Positions 34,540-47,200 of a DNA stretch of 64,000 nucleotides are shown here, one piece after another. The DNA is taken from assembly GCF_964204645.1 (NCBI RefSeq), contig NC_134026.1, positions 17,642,150 to 17,706,149 of the forward strand, given 5' to 3'. Source of the stretch: Tubulanus polymorphus (taxonomy: Eukaryota; Animalia; Nemertea). The notes under the pieces were generated by a model, which saw only the letters and a program-made list of their open reading frames with translations, was not told where the DNA came from and did no database searches. The position numbers were made by a program, and so were the translations under genes. The stretch's first letter is position 1. Every line of letters begins with the position of its first letter.

Positions 34540-34904
34540 CATAGGTTTGCCTCATCCTCCTTCTGCAGGGACTCGAACCTGATGGCATCGCTACACTCAG
34601 CCACGGCACGAACCCCTGCATCAGTAGACCGGGTGCGCAGGTACATGCGCAGCTTTCCGAACGAAAACTGGCGGCACCAATCAGATTGCTTGTTGTATAA
34701 TCGTTGAGGCAAATTTCAAGGAAGAACTATAAATGGGAAAACCCGGGCTAAAATAAAACGGGATTTCTGATTGGCTAAAAATCACATCATCTGAACTGCG
34801 CATGTATCTGCGCACACAGTCGATTATGGCAGGGTTTCGTGCCGTGGCAATCTCGATGCCATCAGGTTCGAATCCCTGCCGGGGGAGGATGAGGTTTGCC
34901 TATG
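34540..34904. mobile_element. Foldback/MITE-like element with ~110-bp imperfect inverted arms
   Basis: 34540-34653 is the reverse complement of 34795-34904; each arm has a GGTTCGA(A/G)TCC motif. Confidence 0.65.
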
Positions 34905-35009
34905 CAAACGATCTGGTGAAGCAGTTTTCATCGAAAATGAATAGAGTATCGGTGATTCAACAAGGCACAAACATGGCTGTTGAACGAATAGTGTTGATTT
35001 TTGGTGTCA

Positions 35010-36201
35010 TGGTTTGGCTTAATGAGTTCTTGAGCCCACAAAAATTTCATAGTGATTGAGTTATTTTTAGGGGACTTATTCTTGATAAACATGTAAAAAC
35101 CCTGCTTTTTAGCACTAAGTAATGGCACGTTTTCACATATGAGAATTTGCATACTTGGAATTGAAATATATAAAAGTTCAATCCTTACTGGAAATGTTGC
35201 CGTTTTTTGTGCGACTCATCTGGATGTACTTTTCGACCTATAGGCCCTCACTTTATAAACCCCCTAAATTTTCTCGCTTCTATTCATCCGAGTTGACCTT
35301 GTTACCTGAGGTACATTGAATGTGATTGGCTGTTTGTTAGATATACAGGAAATTCCAGGAACTTCTGATGTAATTGGGAAAGCCTATTGGGAAAACCCAA
35401 TGGCGAGCATTTCATTCGACTAGGTATCGTATGTTAGCTTATTATTTGTTCGGTGTTACGATTATAAACAAGTAGGCTATTCAATTCAGTATCCAAATAG
35501 CAAGTATGGCGATGCCAATGGAGTTTTGGCTTAGATTTGTCTTGTCAATGCCTTAAAAGACCTGCTAACCAGGATTTTTGTGAACCGTGTTACTGCTCTA
35601 ATCTATTCAATTTTAGTACGTTCTTAGGTAGAATTGTGAGCGGTAATAAATTAATAATGGACTGAATAGTCTGTAGACAATAGCGGGCAGTGGAATGCTC
35701 TCAGCTTTTCATCTAATCAACAGTCAGTTTTTTCAACTGATTTAGAGGTGGGAGCTAGTCTGCACACATTATACCCTTATATATACAGCTATCGTACTAC
35801 GGAAATCCGTGTGGAGCGATCAGTAGAGAACGTACAGCATAGTTATCACACGTGTGCTGTTAAAAACAAACTCATATGAGACTGGGAGAAGTCGTGCGTT
35901 GGGCGTGTATTTTGATTTAATTCAAGGATAATAAAATCTGGAAATTGCGAGTATAATAATATCTTAGTATGTATTAATCGTGTAATAAGGGGCTAAGAAT
36001 TAATGAAGTGATTAGATTAAGAATAAAAGATTGTTGTTTGAAGAGTTTGTTCAGCATATCGTCGTCAGTTGATGGTTTTAATTCGGTAATCTATCCTACA
36101 TTCGATTGCAATCCAAATTAATTCATAGTTAGTGTAATAATTTTGACAATATACACTCTATGATTTGATGGTGAGCCACAGGGCCATTGGACCTTTATTG
36201 T
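35010..36201 (+). mobile_element. Diverged HINE-like element related to family A
   Basis: 35319-35433 resembles 125-230; 3' GGTGAGCC..GGGCCATTGGACC-TTTATTG terminus; 5' limit approximate. Confidence 0.5.
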
Positions 36202-36497
36202 CTGTTTTGGTCAAATTATTTGTTCATAGATGGGAAAAGGTTTGTGAGGAAATATCACAGTAGGATTTTGGTTTTTGTACCGGTATTTATATTCAATAAT
36301 GATTGTTAGCACTGTTATAGGTAGAACACATCTCAAGTCGAATTAAGATTACCTGTTGTTTTTTCTCTCCTCCAGTAGGCTTTAATGTTGAATTACATAT
36401 ATTTACAGTTTTTCGGCTTATGCCATTGCTGACTAGCTGACACAGCTGCTATTTTGTCATTAGGAGGGAAAAAGGGTTGGAATTGATATGGAATGTT

Positions 36498-36915
36498 GGA
36501 TTCTAGGACAATTGCCCCCCGAATAAAATCCTTTTTGATTTGTATTAACACCACCTAAATACTTTACTTAGAAATTGATTTGTCTATTATTGAATATAGA
36601 TTTATAAGATATAGAATTACTGATGTTGTATGCAGATCAAAAACTTTAAATCAGTCCTTGCGTAATGATAATTCACTTACCGAATTAAAGAAAACTTAAT
36701 AGGTCCACTTATTTGTGCAATCGTTAACGTCGGCTAATTTATTGGAATTAGTTTTAGTGTTACTTTAGCCAATCAAAAACTTTAAAGCTGTCCTAGAGTA
36801 ATTAGCTAGAATTAGTTCATTTTGTCTAATTAATTTGTGTAAATATCTGTGTTACTTTAAGATTAAGAAGATTTAATTTGGGGGGCAATTGTCCGGGGGC
36901 AATTGTCCTGATACC
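36498..36915. mobile_element. MITE with GG..GGACAATTGCCCCC TIRs and GGAATGTT TSD
   Basis: TIRs and 8-bp flanking duplication read directly. Confidence 0.75.
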
Positions 36916-37386
36916 GGAATGTTGGTATGGAATTTTTATTTGATCACCAGGGTCATGCATATTAAAATGATCAGATTATCAAGCATTTCAGCTAGTGGGC
37001 ATCGTGTCTCTGGACCTCCAGTTTCTCATTTTATACAGCTTTTATATTATGCTTATATTGACCAAACTGTCAAGTATCATTTTGTATAAGAATCTTATGG
37101 AACATTTGAAAATTTGGTTGTAACTTTTCTGATTTTGTTGCAAATCTAAGAACAAATCGATTTTGTGCTCAAAACTAAAATGTACTCAGTTGATCCTTCT
37201 GGACCCATGGTCCTTTATTAGCTTTATCCAAACGACTTGTAGATACCTATTGGGGGTGATAAAAACAAACAATTGTAAGCAAATGAACTATTATATACAC
37301 ATGTCACTTTGATAAAGATATATCATATTTTCATACTCGTATACAACAAACTCTCTGACTTTTAACAATAAGATTTTCTGATATGA

Positions 37387-40300
37387 CGTCAGTAGTAGGA
37401 CGAAGGGGCGAATGGGGTAATAGAACATTTGGGTTATTGCGTGTCTGAATTCTTCTTTGAATTCAGACCGCTAAAATCAAGTAAATATGTATGCTATTAA
37501 TTCTTATTTGGTACCATTTATTAAATCTTGATAATTTCTATCAACATGACAAATATTTATCATTTTGGACATGAATTTAGTGTGTTTGGTCTCATTGAAT
37601 ATAGATGTCCCATTCGCCCTTTCGTAAAATCAACCAATTAGCATTGATGGTTCAATTGCCCTCGATTCACCCATTTGTCATAACAGGAATCAAATTAATA
37701 CTCCGATTCGTCCTTCATTTGTCCTTTCTGTGTATGGAAATGTGTATCTTAAAATGATATCTATCATTTACTAGAAAGAAAAAGTATCAAAACACAGGAA
37801 ATCCACGAAAAGTAAATTTATTTTCGAAACAAACAATTCAACTCTCAATTTCTTGTGGGAAAGATTTTGGTAAAACGCTTTTGTATCCGAATTACTGATT
37901 ACCGGCATTTCTCCCTGACATAAACGCATCAGATCATTCAACTTGCCGGCGCTCAACTTCGGTTTTTCATCGTACGCCGGCATTGGATATGGGACCATCT
38001 CTACGAAGTTTCGTCTCGACTTACGATCTAAAGGTGCGAATACGTCATCATGATGCGACATCTTGAATCCGATTATGCTGGGTGAACTTTGTTCACTTGC
38101 AACTCGCAAACTTTTTCCAGTCAATTTCCAACCAACCATCGCTGGCCTCTCGAATGCGAAGAATGGACAGATTTTTCGCCAAATCTTTCCAGTTCAGGAT
38201 ATCGCCAGTATCCACTTGAGTGACGCTAGTTGTTGATCTCAAGCGTGCCATTTTGATTATTGCCAAAAATTCGCTCGGTGTCATAATCTCCGGAATTCGT
38301 TTTATTGCGCGTTCGACGCAACTCTGTGTACAGCATTGCCCTCGTTTTGACCGTGGTGTGGTTCAAAATAATGTATTGTTATACATTGTTGTACATTAAC
38401 GCTATTCTGGACAAAGTACAAAAGCATACACGATAAAATACTAATCTTATTCTGCCCGGAACATCCATCAGCAAAAAGGAATAAATGGCGTACAGAGTAT
38501 GCGTCAATTCTTTTCAAGTACTGATACACGCATGAGGCGATTTCGTTTGAACCTCGACCAGCAATGCCTTCATGCCATAAAAAACATTCACAATGTTTCG
38601 AATTGACATCGTATATCGTAAAGTTATAACAAGATAATCTTCTACTGTAGAATATTAACGAGCGGTTTGTTTTTGGTAGGAATATTATTTGTTGTAGATC
38701 AAATGAACAGATGTTATCTTGTCATTTAATGATGCATGACATTTCAAAGACAATTTGATATTCCGAACTTTCTCCTTTTCACTGATGTGGCTTTCAAATT
38801 GACCCTTCAGTTTGGCCTTCTCTGTTTCATTTCCGTTACGATATGATTCGCATAAACCACATGCATCTTTCTTGGGATAATGAAATTTCAATTTCATAGA
38901 TTTGAAGACCTTGCAATAGTATGAGAAAGACACTTTGTTTTCTGGTTGTCACTCGTGGTCATACAATTCCCACATTTTTCTTTGGGTGGGGTCTGGTAAA
39001 AGGTACTGAAATTTTGTGTCTCTCCTACAGTAGTTTTATTCTGTTCTGGGGAATCTGTTGATGTGACCTTCGACGCATTGACGTAATACATTGTCTCGTG
39101 CTGCAAGAGTTGCAACTCGACCACCACGATGCTCATCTTCAAGGGCACCAGTTTCGTCAGTTTTACTAAGTACCGTCGGGACAACCTTTTCACTGACACA
39201 AAGTGTATTGAAAAACAAGATTCTGCATACTGGTAGCAGATGGCCCTCAGTATCTGGAAGAAAGTATTTGATGGTTCTGGACTTTCGACTGTTTATTTGT
39301 TGTCTCATGGGTTCATTTGATGTAATGTGAGACTTAATTCAATGGCGCAGTTCCCTCAAATCACCTTTATGCCAATATGAGAGGAAGATTTGCTCTGTGC
39401 GTTCGTTAGTGATACTATCGCAAACATAGGATTTTTGCAGACATCTTCCTATATTCTTGCAATTCAATTCAATTCAATCTTTATTCAGCATAAACATTAA
39501 TAAAACATTGTTTGCAACTGATACAAATTCGGAAAATCAAGTATATACATAATAGGAGATAAACAAATAATAAAATGAAGCATAATTAACACTAATTACA
39601 GATGAGTTAAAACATAATTGAAAATATACAGAACATTAATCGAAGAAATATTAGGACAATGGCAGACCGAGTTTAATAAATTTGGCTAGCTGAACAATGC
39701 TGGTTGTAGGGTTTAGGTTGTCGAAAGTGGAGATTAAACTATTAACGTCTTGCATGTATCGCCAATTGCATTGATTTAGTGATGTCACTTTTTTCTGTTG
39801 AGTATTCAATTCCTCGATTTCTATTTTCTTTCACTAATTTTCTTCTTGCCTTTGATCGTTTTTCTGTTGGTTTTTCTGGAGGAAGGAGGGGTGATATTGG
39901 CTCTTGTTCTTCACCTTCTACTATATAGATTTCTGGGGATATTTCGACGTTCATCAACGAATCTTCTGTCACCGAAGGTTGAGGGTTACGAACTGGGCAA
40001 TTCTCCTGAGTAAAATGGTTATAACACAGCATGGTCTGCATGAGTTACATGCAGCAAAAACTTCTTCGCAACTTTTCAATTCGCACAAGCAGACGTTTGT
40101 TATATCCTTGAATACAGGACGCTCAGTTTCCTCTGCTATCTTAGGAGATGGTGGAATATTTTCGATATAATTAAACATGCTTACATTTTCATGAGATTCT
40201 CCACAATTAGCTTTTAACAGAACTGTCATGGGAACATCGTTATCTTTATCTTCTGAAACTATATCAGTATCGACTATTTTTCCGTACCACCACCTTTTGC

Positions 40301-40946
40301 TCCACCGATAACGAATTCTTGCGCCTATCTTGTATCTGCTGTAACCTTTAACGAGTTCGCACTAGCTTACAGAAACTAGATCAGCGATTAACTCAGACGG
40401 TTCCATCTATATAGAAATAAGAATATGTATTCGGATAATGTGAAATGAATTTCAATATGATAATAATCATTGTATTTAGAAATATCAAAATATACGATTA
40501 GGCTCCGTAAAGCAAAACTTACCTTTGATAATGTAGATTTTTTTATATTCGTTTCACCACCGATGACAAGCAAAACTCAATGACGATGAATGAAATCTCC
40601 ACCAATAGGAAACGTTTTTGAAATTTGTCAGGTTACTAAACGACTCAGTCAAACAGAATCGATAATGAAATTTAGGCCATATCGTTTTTGTTTTTAAATT
40701 TCACTCATTCGCCCCACTTGTAGTTGCTAAGTCGTTACTATAGCAATGCATATTTAACAAAATGGCGAATGAGGTAATTGGGCTTAATATTTTAGATGAC
40801 CTTAGTGGATTTTTAGAAATCGTATTTCCAGTAAAAATAGACAAAAATACTTCATAAGGCCATAGAAACCATCCCCATAATGTTCCTAGTGGGCTCAGTT
40901 AAAAACTGTAAAAAATTCCCATTCACCCTTCGTCCTACTATTGACG
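37387..40946 (-). mobile_element. Sola1-like DNA transposon with pseudogenised DDD transposase
   Basis: ~30-bp TIRs CGTCA(G/A)TAGTAGGACGAAGGG..GAATGGG; fragments VCRILFFNTL, HINRFP, PKKDACGLC, FYSRRLSCYNFTIY, WHEGIAGRGSNEIASC, FADGCSGQNK. Confidence 0.8.
39462..39747 (-). mobile_element. 5'-truncated LINE 3' end inserted in the Sola transposase
   Basis: AATAAA plus (TTGAA)n tail on minus strand; TSD TCTTGCA (39455-39461, 39748-39754); ..LAKFIKLG C-terminus. Confidence 0.7.
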
Positions 40947-41899
40947 ATATTTTCATACGTACTCGTATACAACAAACTCTCTGACTTTTTTTAGCAATAA
41001 GATTTTCTGTTATGAATTCATTGTTATCAAGTCATGTTTCTATTTTCTTAAAACCTCAATTACGTTTAGAATTGTTGCAGTAAACGCTATTGTTCTAATT
41101 TCATTAAAAGATTATTTGTGGTTTTTCCGATTGTGAAATAAAGATGTATTTACCGGTATAGTTATTTGAAGAATATGCTGAACTGATATTTCTCTGGGAT
41201 TTTTTCTGCCTTGGATTTGAGGGTCGGAAATAACAGGGACAGTACCGCTAGCCGTCGGAAATAACAGGGACAGTACTGCTAGCCTTCTCCAGAGATATTG
41301 GTTAAAGCCCTTTTTGTATCTGCTCCTGCCCTTTTTAAAAATCTTCCTGCATTGTAGTTGGGGCAAATATTTTTTTGTGTTACGAAATTTTATTGTTATA
41401 TCCACAGACATTTTTATGTGAAACCCGGCTCAAGTATCCATTTTAGTACATGTGCGTATACGGAAAAGTAGGACGATGAGACTTATCACAAAAAAGAATC
41501 AATGCGCCAGAGATCAGTGTAGGTTATTTTTACTTGCCGACATTGGGAAAGAGAAATTTTACGTAGGTTAGTTTGACTTGCCGACATTGGGAACGATATT
41601 TTACGCGGAGGTTAGGGGCTACACGAGATATGACTTTTCAAAGATTTGGAATGTGTCACGTGGCTGAAAACACTATGTATAGGTTAGAAACCTCGGTCAC
41701 ATTTCTACGCGAAATAGAAGAACCGTCGAGCGCGTTAGCCCTTTCGGAGAGAACGTAAATCCGGACTCTCTGTTGTTACCTGGATCCAGTTCCCACAGTT
41801 GTGAGTTAGAGTTAACTCTGATTTAAAATGAGTTCATTTTCAATGAGTTAACTCTTGAGTCAAATCTTAATTCGGAACTGTGAAACCGGGTCCTGGATA

Positions 41900-42870
41900 T
41901 CAAGCCCCTGTTAATAATTTAAATGAGATCGGGCGCGGTATTTGTAAATACGTTGGAAACAATATGATGATTAACGAAATAACCCCGAAAATAAATGCCT
42001 CCGAAAACAAGTGGATTAGGGTCCCAAAGGAGGATGGAAATTCCCTTCTTCGGTACTATATACAGGAGCCCAAATTCTACCACCGAAAACAATATGAAGT
42101 TAAACAACGTGATTAGAAGTATGTCAGATGAAAGGGGGGCTTGTGACGACCTATTGATTACTGGTGATTTCAACCTCCCTGAAATAAATTGGGAGACTGA
42201 AACATCTATGGCAAACAGAAACCATGCATCAAGCCTATTTATCGAAACGGTAAACGACTGCTATCTTCGCCAATTCGTAGATGAGCCAACAAGGTACCGG
42301 CCAAACCAACAACCGAGCCTTTTAGATCTAATTCTTTCAAACCGTGAAAAAGCCATTGATCAAGAAATTCCAAGATTCCAGCTATTCATCATAATGAGGT
42401 CATCGCTTCGGAAAACACCGAAAAAGCCGAGATTTTTAATAGATATTTCAGCAGTGTATTCGTTACTGAGGATGTTCACAACATCCCCCACCCTACCCCT
42501 CTGACAGTAGGTAGAAATATTGGCCACGTGGATCAACACGTCACAGCTGCATCAGTTCTGGAGAAACTCAAAAACCTCAAAACGAGTAAGAGTCCAGGTC
42601 CATATAAGCTCGATCCCAGACTATTGAAAGAAATAGCAGACAAGTTAGATAATATTCCAAAAATCGCTCACTACCTGTACACTGCCGTCGGAATGAAAAA
42701 TGGGGATATTTAAACCGATCCACAAAAAGGGCGATAAATCCAAATCATCTAACTACAGACCCGCTAGCCTAACATGCAATATGTTGCAAAATATTAGAAA
42801 CCATCAAGAGACGAAATTATGAATCACCTGACAACAGAAAACATGATCTCTCCAAATCAGCATGGCTTCC
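41900..42870 (+). pseudogene. CR1-like LINE ORF2 fragments (AP endonuclease, start of RT)
   Basis: GTIYRSPNS, ITGDFNLPEINW, QFVDEPTR..SLLDLILSN, KSPGP..PRLLKE, KKGDKS..NYRP, NQHGF. Confidence 0.8.
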
Positions 42871-44214
42871 TCTCAAAGAGAAACTTACTAATATGTCACA
42901 ACAACTGGACCAAATTCCTAGACGACGGAGACTGGTCATGGTCGATTTTGGTGACGATGAATTCACTATGGATGAAGCACTAACTAGTACACCAGTTAAA
43001 GTTGACTCAGTATAAATGCTGATGTGATGGACATTAATGACCAAAGCATCGCCACAGACAACTATAATGAATAAACAAGTGCATACATAGTAGACATGTT
43101 TTATGTATTTGCTATATCTTCCTATCTGTTGACATTAATTCATTTGTGTTTTTATATAACTTTTGATAGTCTAGTAAAATTTGTCTAGACTTAAGATGTT
43201 GTAATTGTGTTGCAAGTACTGACAGTACTTCGACTAGGCCTACAAAAGCTTAATACTACAAACGCTAAACAGGGCACTTTAGTTGTTTCGTGTATTATTT
43301 CAAATGTTCTTTTTCATCGTCTAGTCAATTCGGCTAGACTTTAAGTGTAGGATTATGTCTACCACTGTTATTATATCTCGTCTTAATGCTACATTCAAAA
43401 GTTGCTAAAGTTTCCTACTTGCCTATATCCGAAGAACGAATGTGTTAGAGTTCTTGTATTAATGTTCGTACGATCAAAAAAGGTTTTGACAATAAATTGT
43501 ACTTTCAGATCATTTAGTATATATATATTTTCTAAGTAAGATCATGCAACACTTCTGTCTGCATTGTGGCAGTGATAATACAAGTCTGCATTGCCACCTT
43601 GACATATGCATGACAAGTGGTGCATGCAAGTCATCATTACTCGGGGTGATTGTCATGTAATGATGACTTTCACATAAGTTTCTCTAACTTTTATAACATT
43701 ACTCTGGCAGTCAATATACCTAACTACTCTATTCATTGGCATTAAGCAATGGGGAACTACCAGCACTCCTGTGACAAGCAAGAATCCGCCGGTTTCGCTA
43801 GTAGTTACTCGGTCTTTCGTGCTCTTCTACTTTTCAATGAAAACCGAATGGACTTTTCTCTTATCAGATATTATGGAAACTACACCGACATCTAAGTAGG
43901 AAAATGAATATTAAGTATATTTGTGGGGTCATATGATAATGTATGGATTCGGGAGCCTAAAATTTCAGTTTGAAGTTCATCAAATATGAACTGATCTTGA
44001 TTGACATCGAAACACTGAGTATTCGTCACGCCATCTGGCGGGAAAACCTGCCATTGCACCTCCCAATTATAGTGATGTGAAGTTAAACCATGTGCCTAGA
44101 AAGGTAGAAATTATATGGATAATAGCTTAACGCTACAGAATACAGTAGTTTGGTTTAAGGCACAACTAATCAAAACTACTCCACTTCAGTTTCTTCAACC
44201 TTCATGCAGCAACG

Positions 44215-47200
44215 ATGCCGAAATTTAAATCAAAAAGCCCACGTAAAAAAGAGAAGAGGATAAATTACGAAAACAGCATCAGGTAGTTCTTAGTAAGTTA
44301 TCAGTTATTTTTTGTTCAATGCAATATCAGTGTAACTCATTATTCTTTCCATTACCACTATGCCCATTATAGAACCTACTGAATCATGATTTCTGAATAA
44401 GATGATTTCTTTTAGCTCAAGGTTTATCTTACTTACCCAGAGAAGGTTATAACTAATATTGATAGTACACATTATCAACCACTGTCATCTATCATCTCAG
44501 CATCCTACGTTTTTATTACTTCTTTTAATGTACTGGTACTCTCTGTGAATAGTAACTTGAGTAAATATAAGAAATAACTGTCCTCATAGATTGCATATGG
44601 GTCTTTCCTAGTTAGTTTACTGATTTATTTTCTTTTAGGCAAATGATGCAGTACATAATACCAAACACCTCAAATTCCACATCTACAACTCAATCTCAGC
44701 TGTATCTTTGTTCAATATCAATCAATTCACATTGCCTTCATTTTCTTGCCATATTGTTACAAAAATCTTTGCACCGACGCTTCATATCCTGTTAGAACAA
44801 TATGTGATACTCTTCTCACATTTCTTTATTCCATGTATTCGAGCTAAAAAAATCTGTCTTTTTCCATACCTGCACACAAAATCGACTAATTGAAATTCTA
44901 AGTTTCATGTCCCTCATTAAATTTTCAGGCATTCTACAAGCCATTCAGCACATATCTACAGACCAGTTGGAATTACAACATGCCCACAGTACTTCAATGC
45001 ACTTTCAAGAGAATCAAGATAATCACTGTACCAAAGATGCCCTACGTAAAAAGATTAGACGTTTAGATACCAATTATAAAACAAGGGAGACAATTTTGGA
45101 CAAACTTCGCCGATCAACACATCGAAATGATCAACACTTCGAAATGATCCTTAACGTGAAAAAGAAAAAAAAATTGAGCTTTTGAGTAAAATGAAAGCCA
45201 GATCTGATGCCACTAAACGTCAAGCAGAACGTGTCGTCGGACTGCATAGTAAAAACAAAACCAGATCTGATCCTGCTAAACACGAAAAAAGGCTGACTTA
45301 CAACAACGGCAGTCATCCAGATCTTATCCTGCTAAACGTCGAGCAGAACGTGTCATCGGACTGCGTAGTAAAAACAAAACAAGATCTGATCCTGCTAAAT
45401 GCGAAAAAGAAAAAGGCTGACTAACAACAACGGCAGTCATCCAGATCTGATTCTGCTAAACGTCAAGCAGAACGCATTGTGGAACTACGTAGTAAAAACC
45501 TTACCAGATCTGATCTTGTTCAACAAAAAAAGGAAAAGGAACTACACTTACAGTCGAAGAAAATAAGCTTAAAGAATGGTAAACGGGACAAAGTAGAAAA
45601 CATGCTTCAAAGCTCATATCGACAAAATATTAATACGTTCAATTCTTCTAGTATGGGAACCTTTGAAACTTCTGTTTCATGTTGACCAACCTTAGTCTGC
45701 ATTTGTTGTCATATGCTGATGTATAAAGTTTCCTGCATTCCTTTTGGTGCTTCAAAGTACGTTAACACTCCTGATACATTATTACAGGAGTGTCTTATCC
45801 GTTATGCATTGCCTAGTTCTGATGGCTTGACATATATTTGCCATACTTGCCATAACAGTATTAAAAGGGGATGTATGCCTGCAGGAGCAAAGGCCAACAA
45901 ATTAGATCTTCCACCTTTAAGTGATGAATTCAAAGGTTTATCTGATTTGGAAGCTACTATGATATCACAAAGAATTCCTTTCATGAAGATTATGGCTCTT
46001 CCTAGAGGAAAGCAAAATGCAATACTTGAAACAGTTGTCAATGTTCCAGTTAATGTTGATACAACATCTACCGATAAAGGAAACGAAATTATAGAAATTG
46101 CTCCAGGAGAAGCACAGAAACCTCTGAGCATCCTCGATGATCCTGCCAGTGATGTTCTGTCTTTCCCACAACTCTTCCCTAATGGAGTTTTTGGTCATGA
46201 TGCATCAAAAGCCTCTTAATATTATCACTGAAGCAATATTTCAAAGCACGCTTGTGTGGATATAATCAATGATTTGCCAGGTGTATACCATACCTATTCT
46301 ATGCTCAACATGTAACGGAGATGAAGCAAATTAATGATTGTATATCTATAGCCATTTGAAGAAATAATCAAGTAACACTGGAAACAGATGTGAGGACTGG
46401 GTCTTTGAAAAAGCCAGAAACCCTAAAATTATCATCTGATGATGGTTATCAGTTTCTGAAAAATATTCACGGATCCCCTCCTTACTGAAGAAGATGTTTT
46501 ATGACCTTTTGGCTATGGTTCGGCAACTAGGCATCTTTACCTTCTTTCTGACACTTTCTGCTGCTGACCTCAAGTGGCCTTATGTAATACAAATCATCGC
46601 AGCTCAGTATGGGTCTTATCTGTCTGTTGATGATGTCAATGCTATGACATGGGAAGAAGAAAATAAGTGGTTGCGCCAGAATCCTGTAACAGCTGCTCGT
46701 CACTTTGATTACAGAGTTCAGCTGTTTTTCAAACATCTGCTACTAAAAGATGATGGTCCTATTGGCACAGTTTCAGCATATACATATAGAGTTGAGTTCT
46801 TACAGCGAGGTGATTTCTCAAACACCATTATTCAATCTCATTTCCAATGAAACTGATATTTGTTATCCTTCAATTTTTACTTGTTTAACACTTCCTACTG
46901 TGATTATTGCATCTTTTACTTTCATATATCCTCATTTCAGTTTTCCTCATATTCATGCTGTTTTCTGGATAAAGAATACTTCACATCTATCTGACTCAAA
47001 CGATGAAGAAGTACAGAAATATGTTGATTCTTACATCACTGCTTCGATCCCTGATGATGATGAACAAATGTCTATTTTGGTCATACTAGTCGAGAAACAC
47101 TCATTCACCATCCTGCTGAAAAACAAGTAAAAAGTGTGGATTCTCCTTTCCAAAGCCCCCAGCATCAAAAACTTTAGTTTGCAGACAGCTAACATCACCT

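Noticed and set aside
34860-34885. tRNA gene suggested by GGTTCGAATCCC
   Set aside because: No cloverleaf or A-box at proper spacing could be built; it lies in an inverted-repeat element
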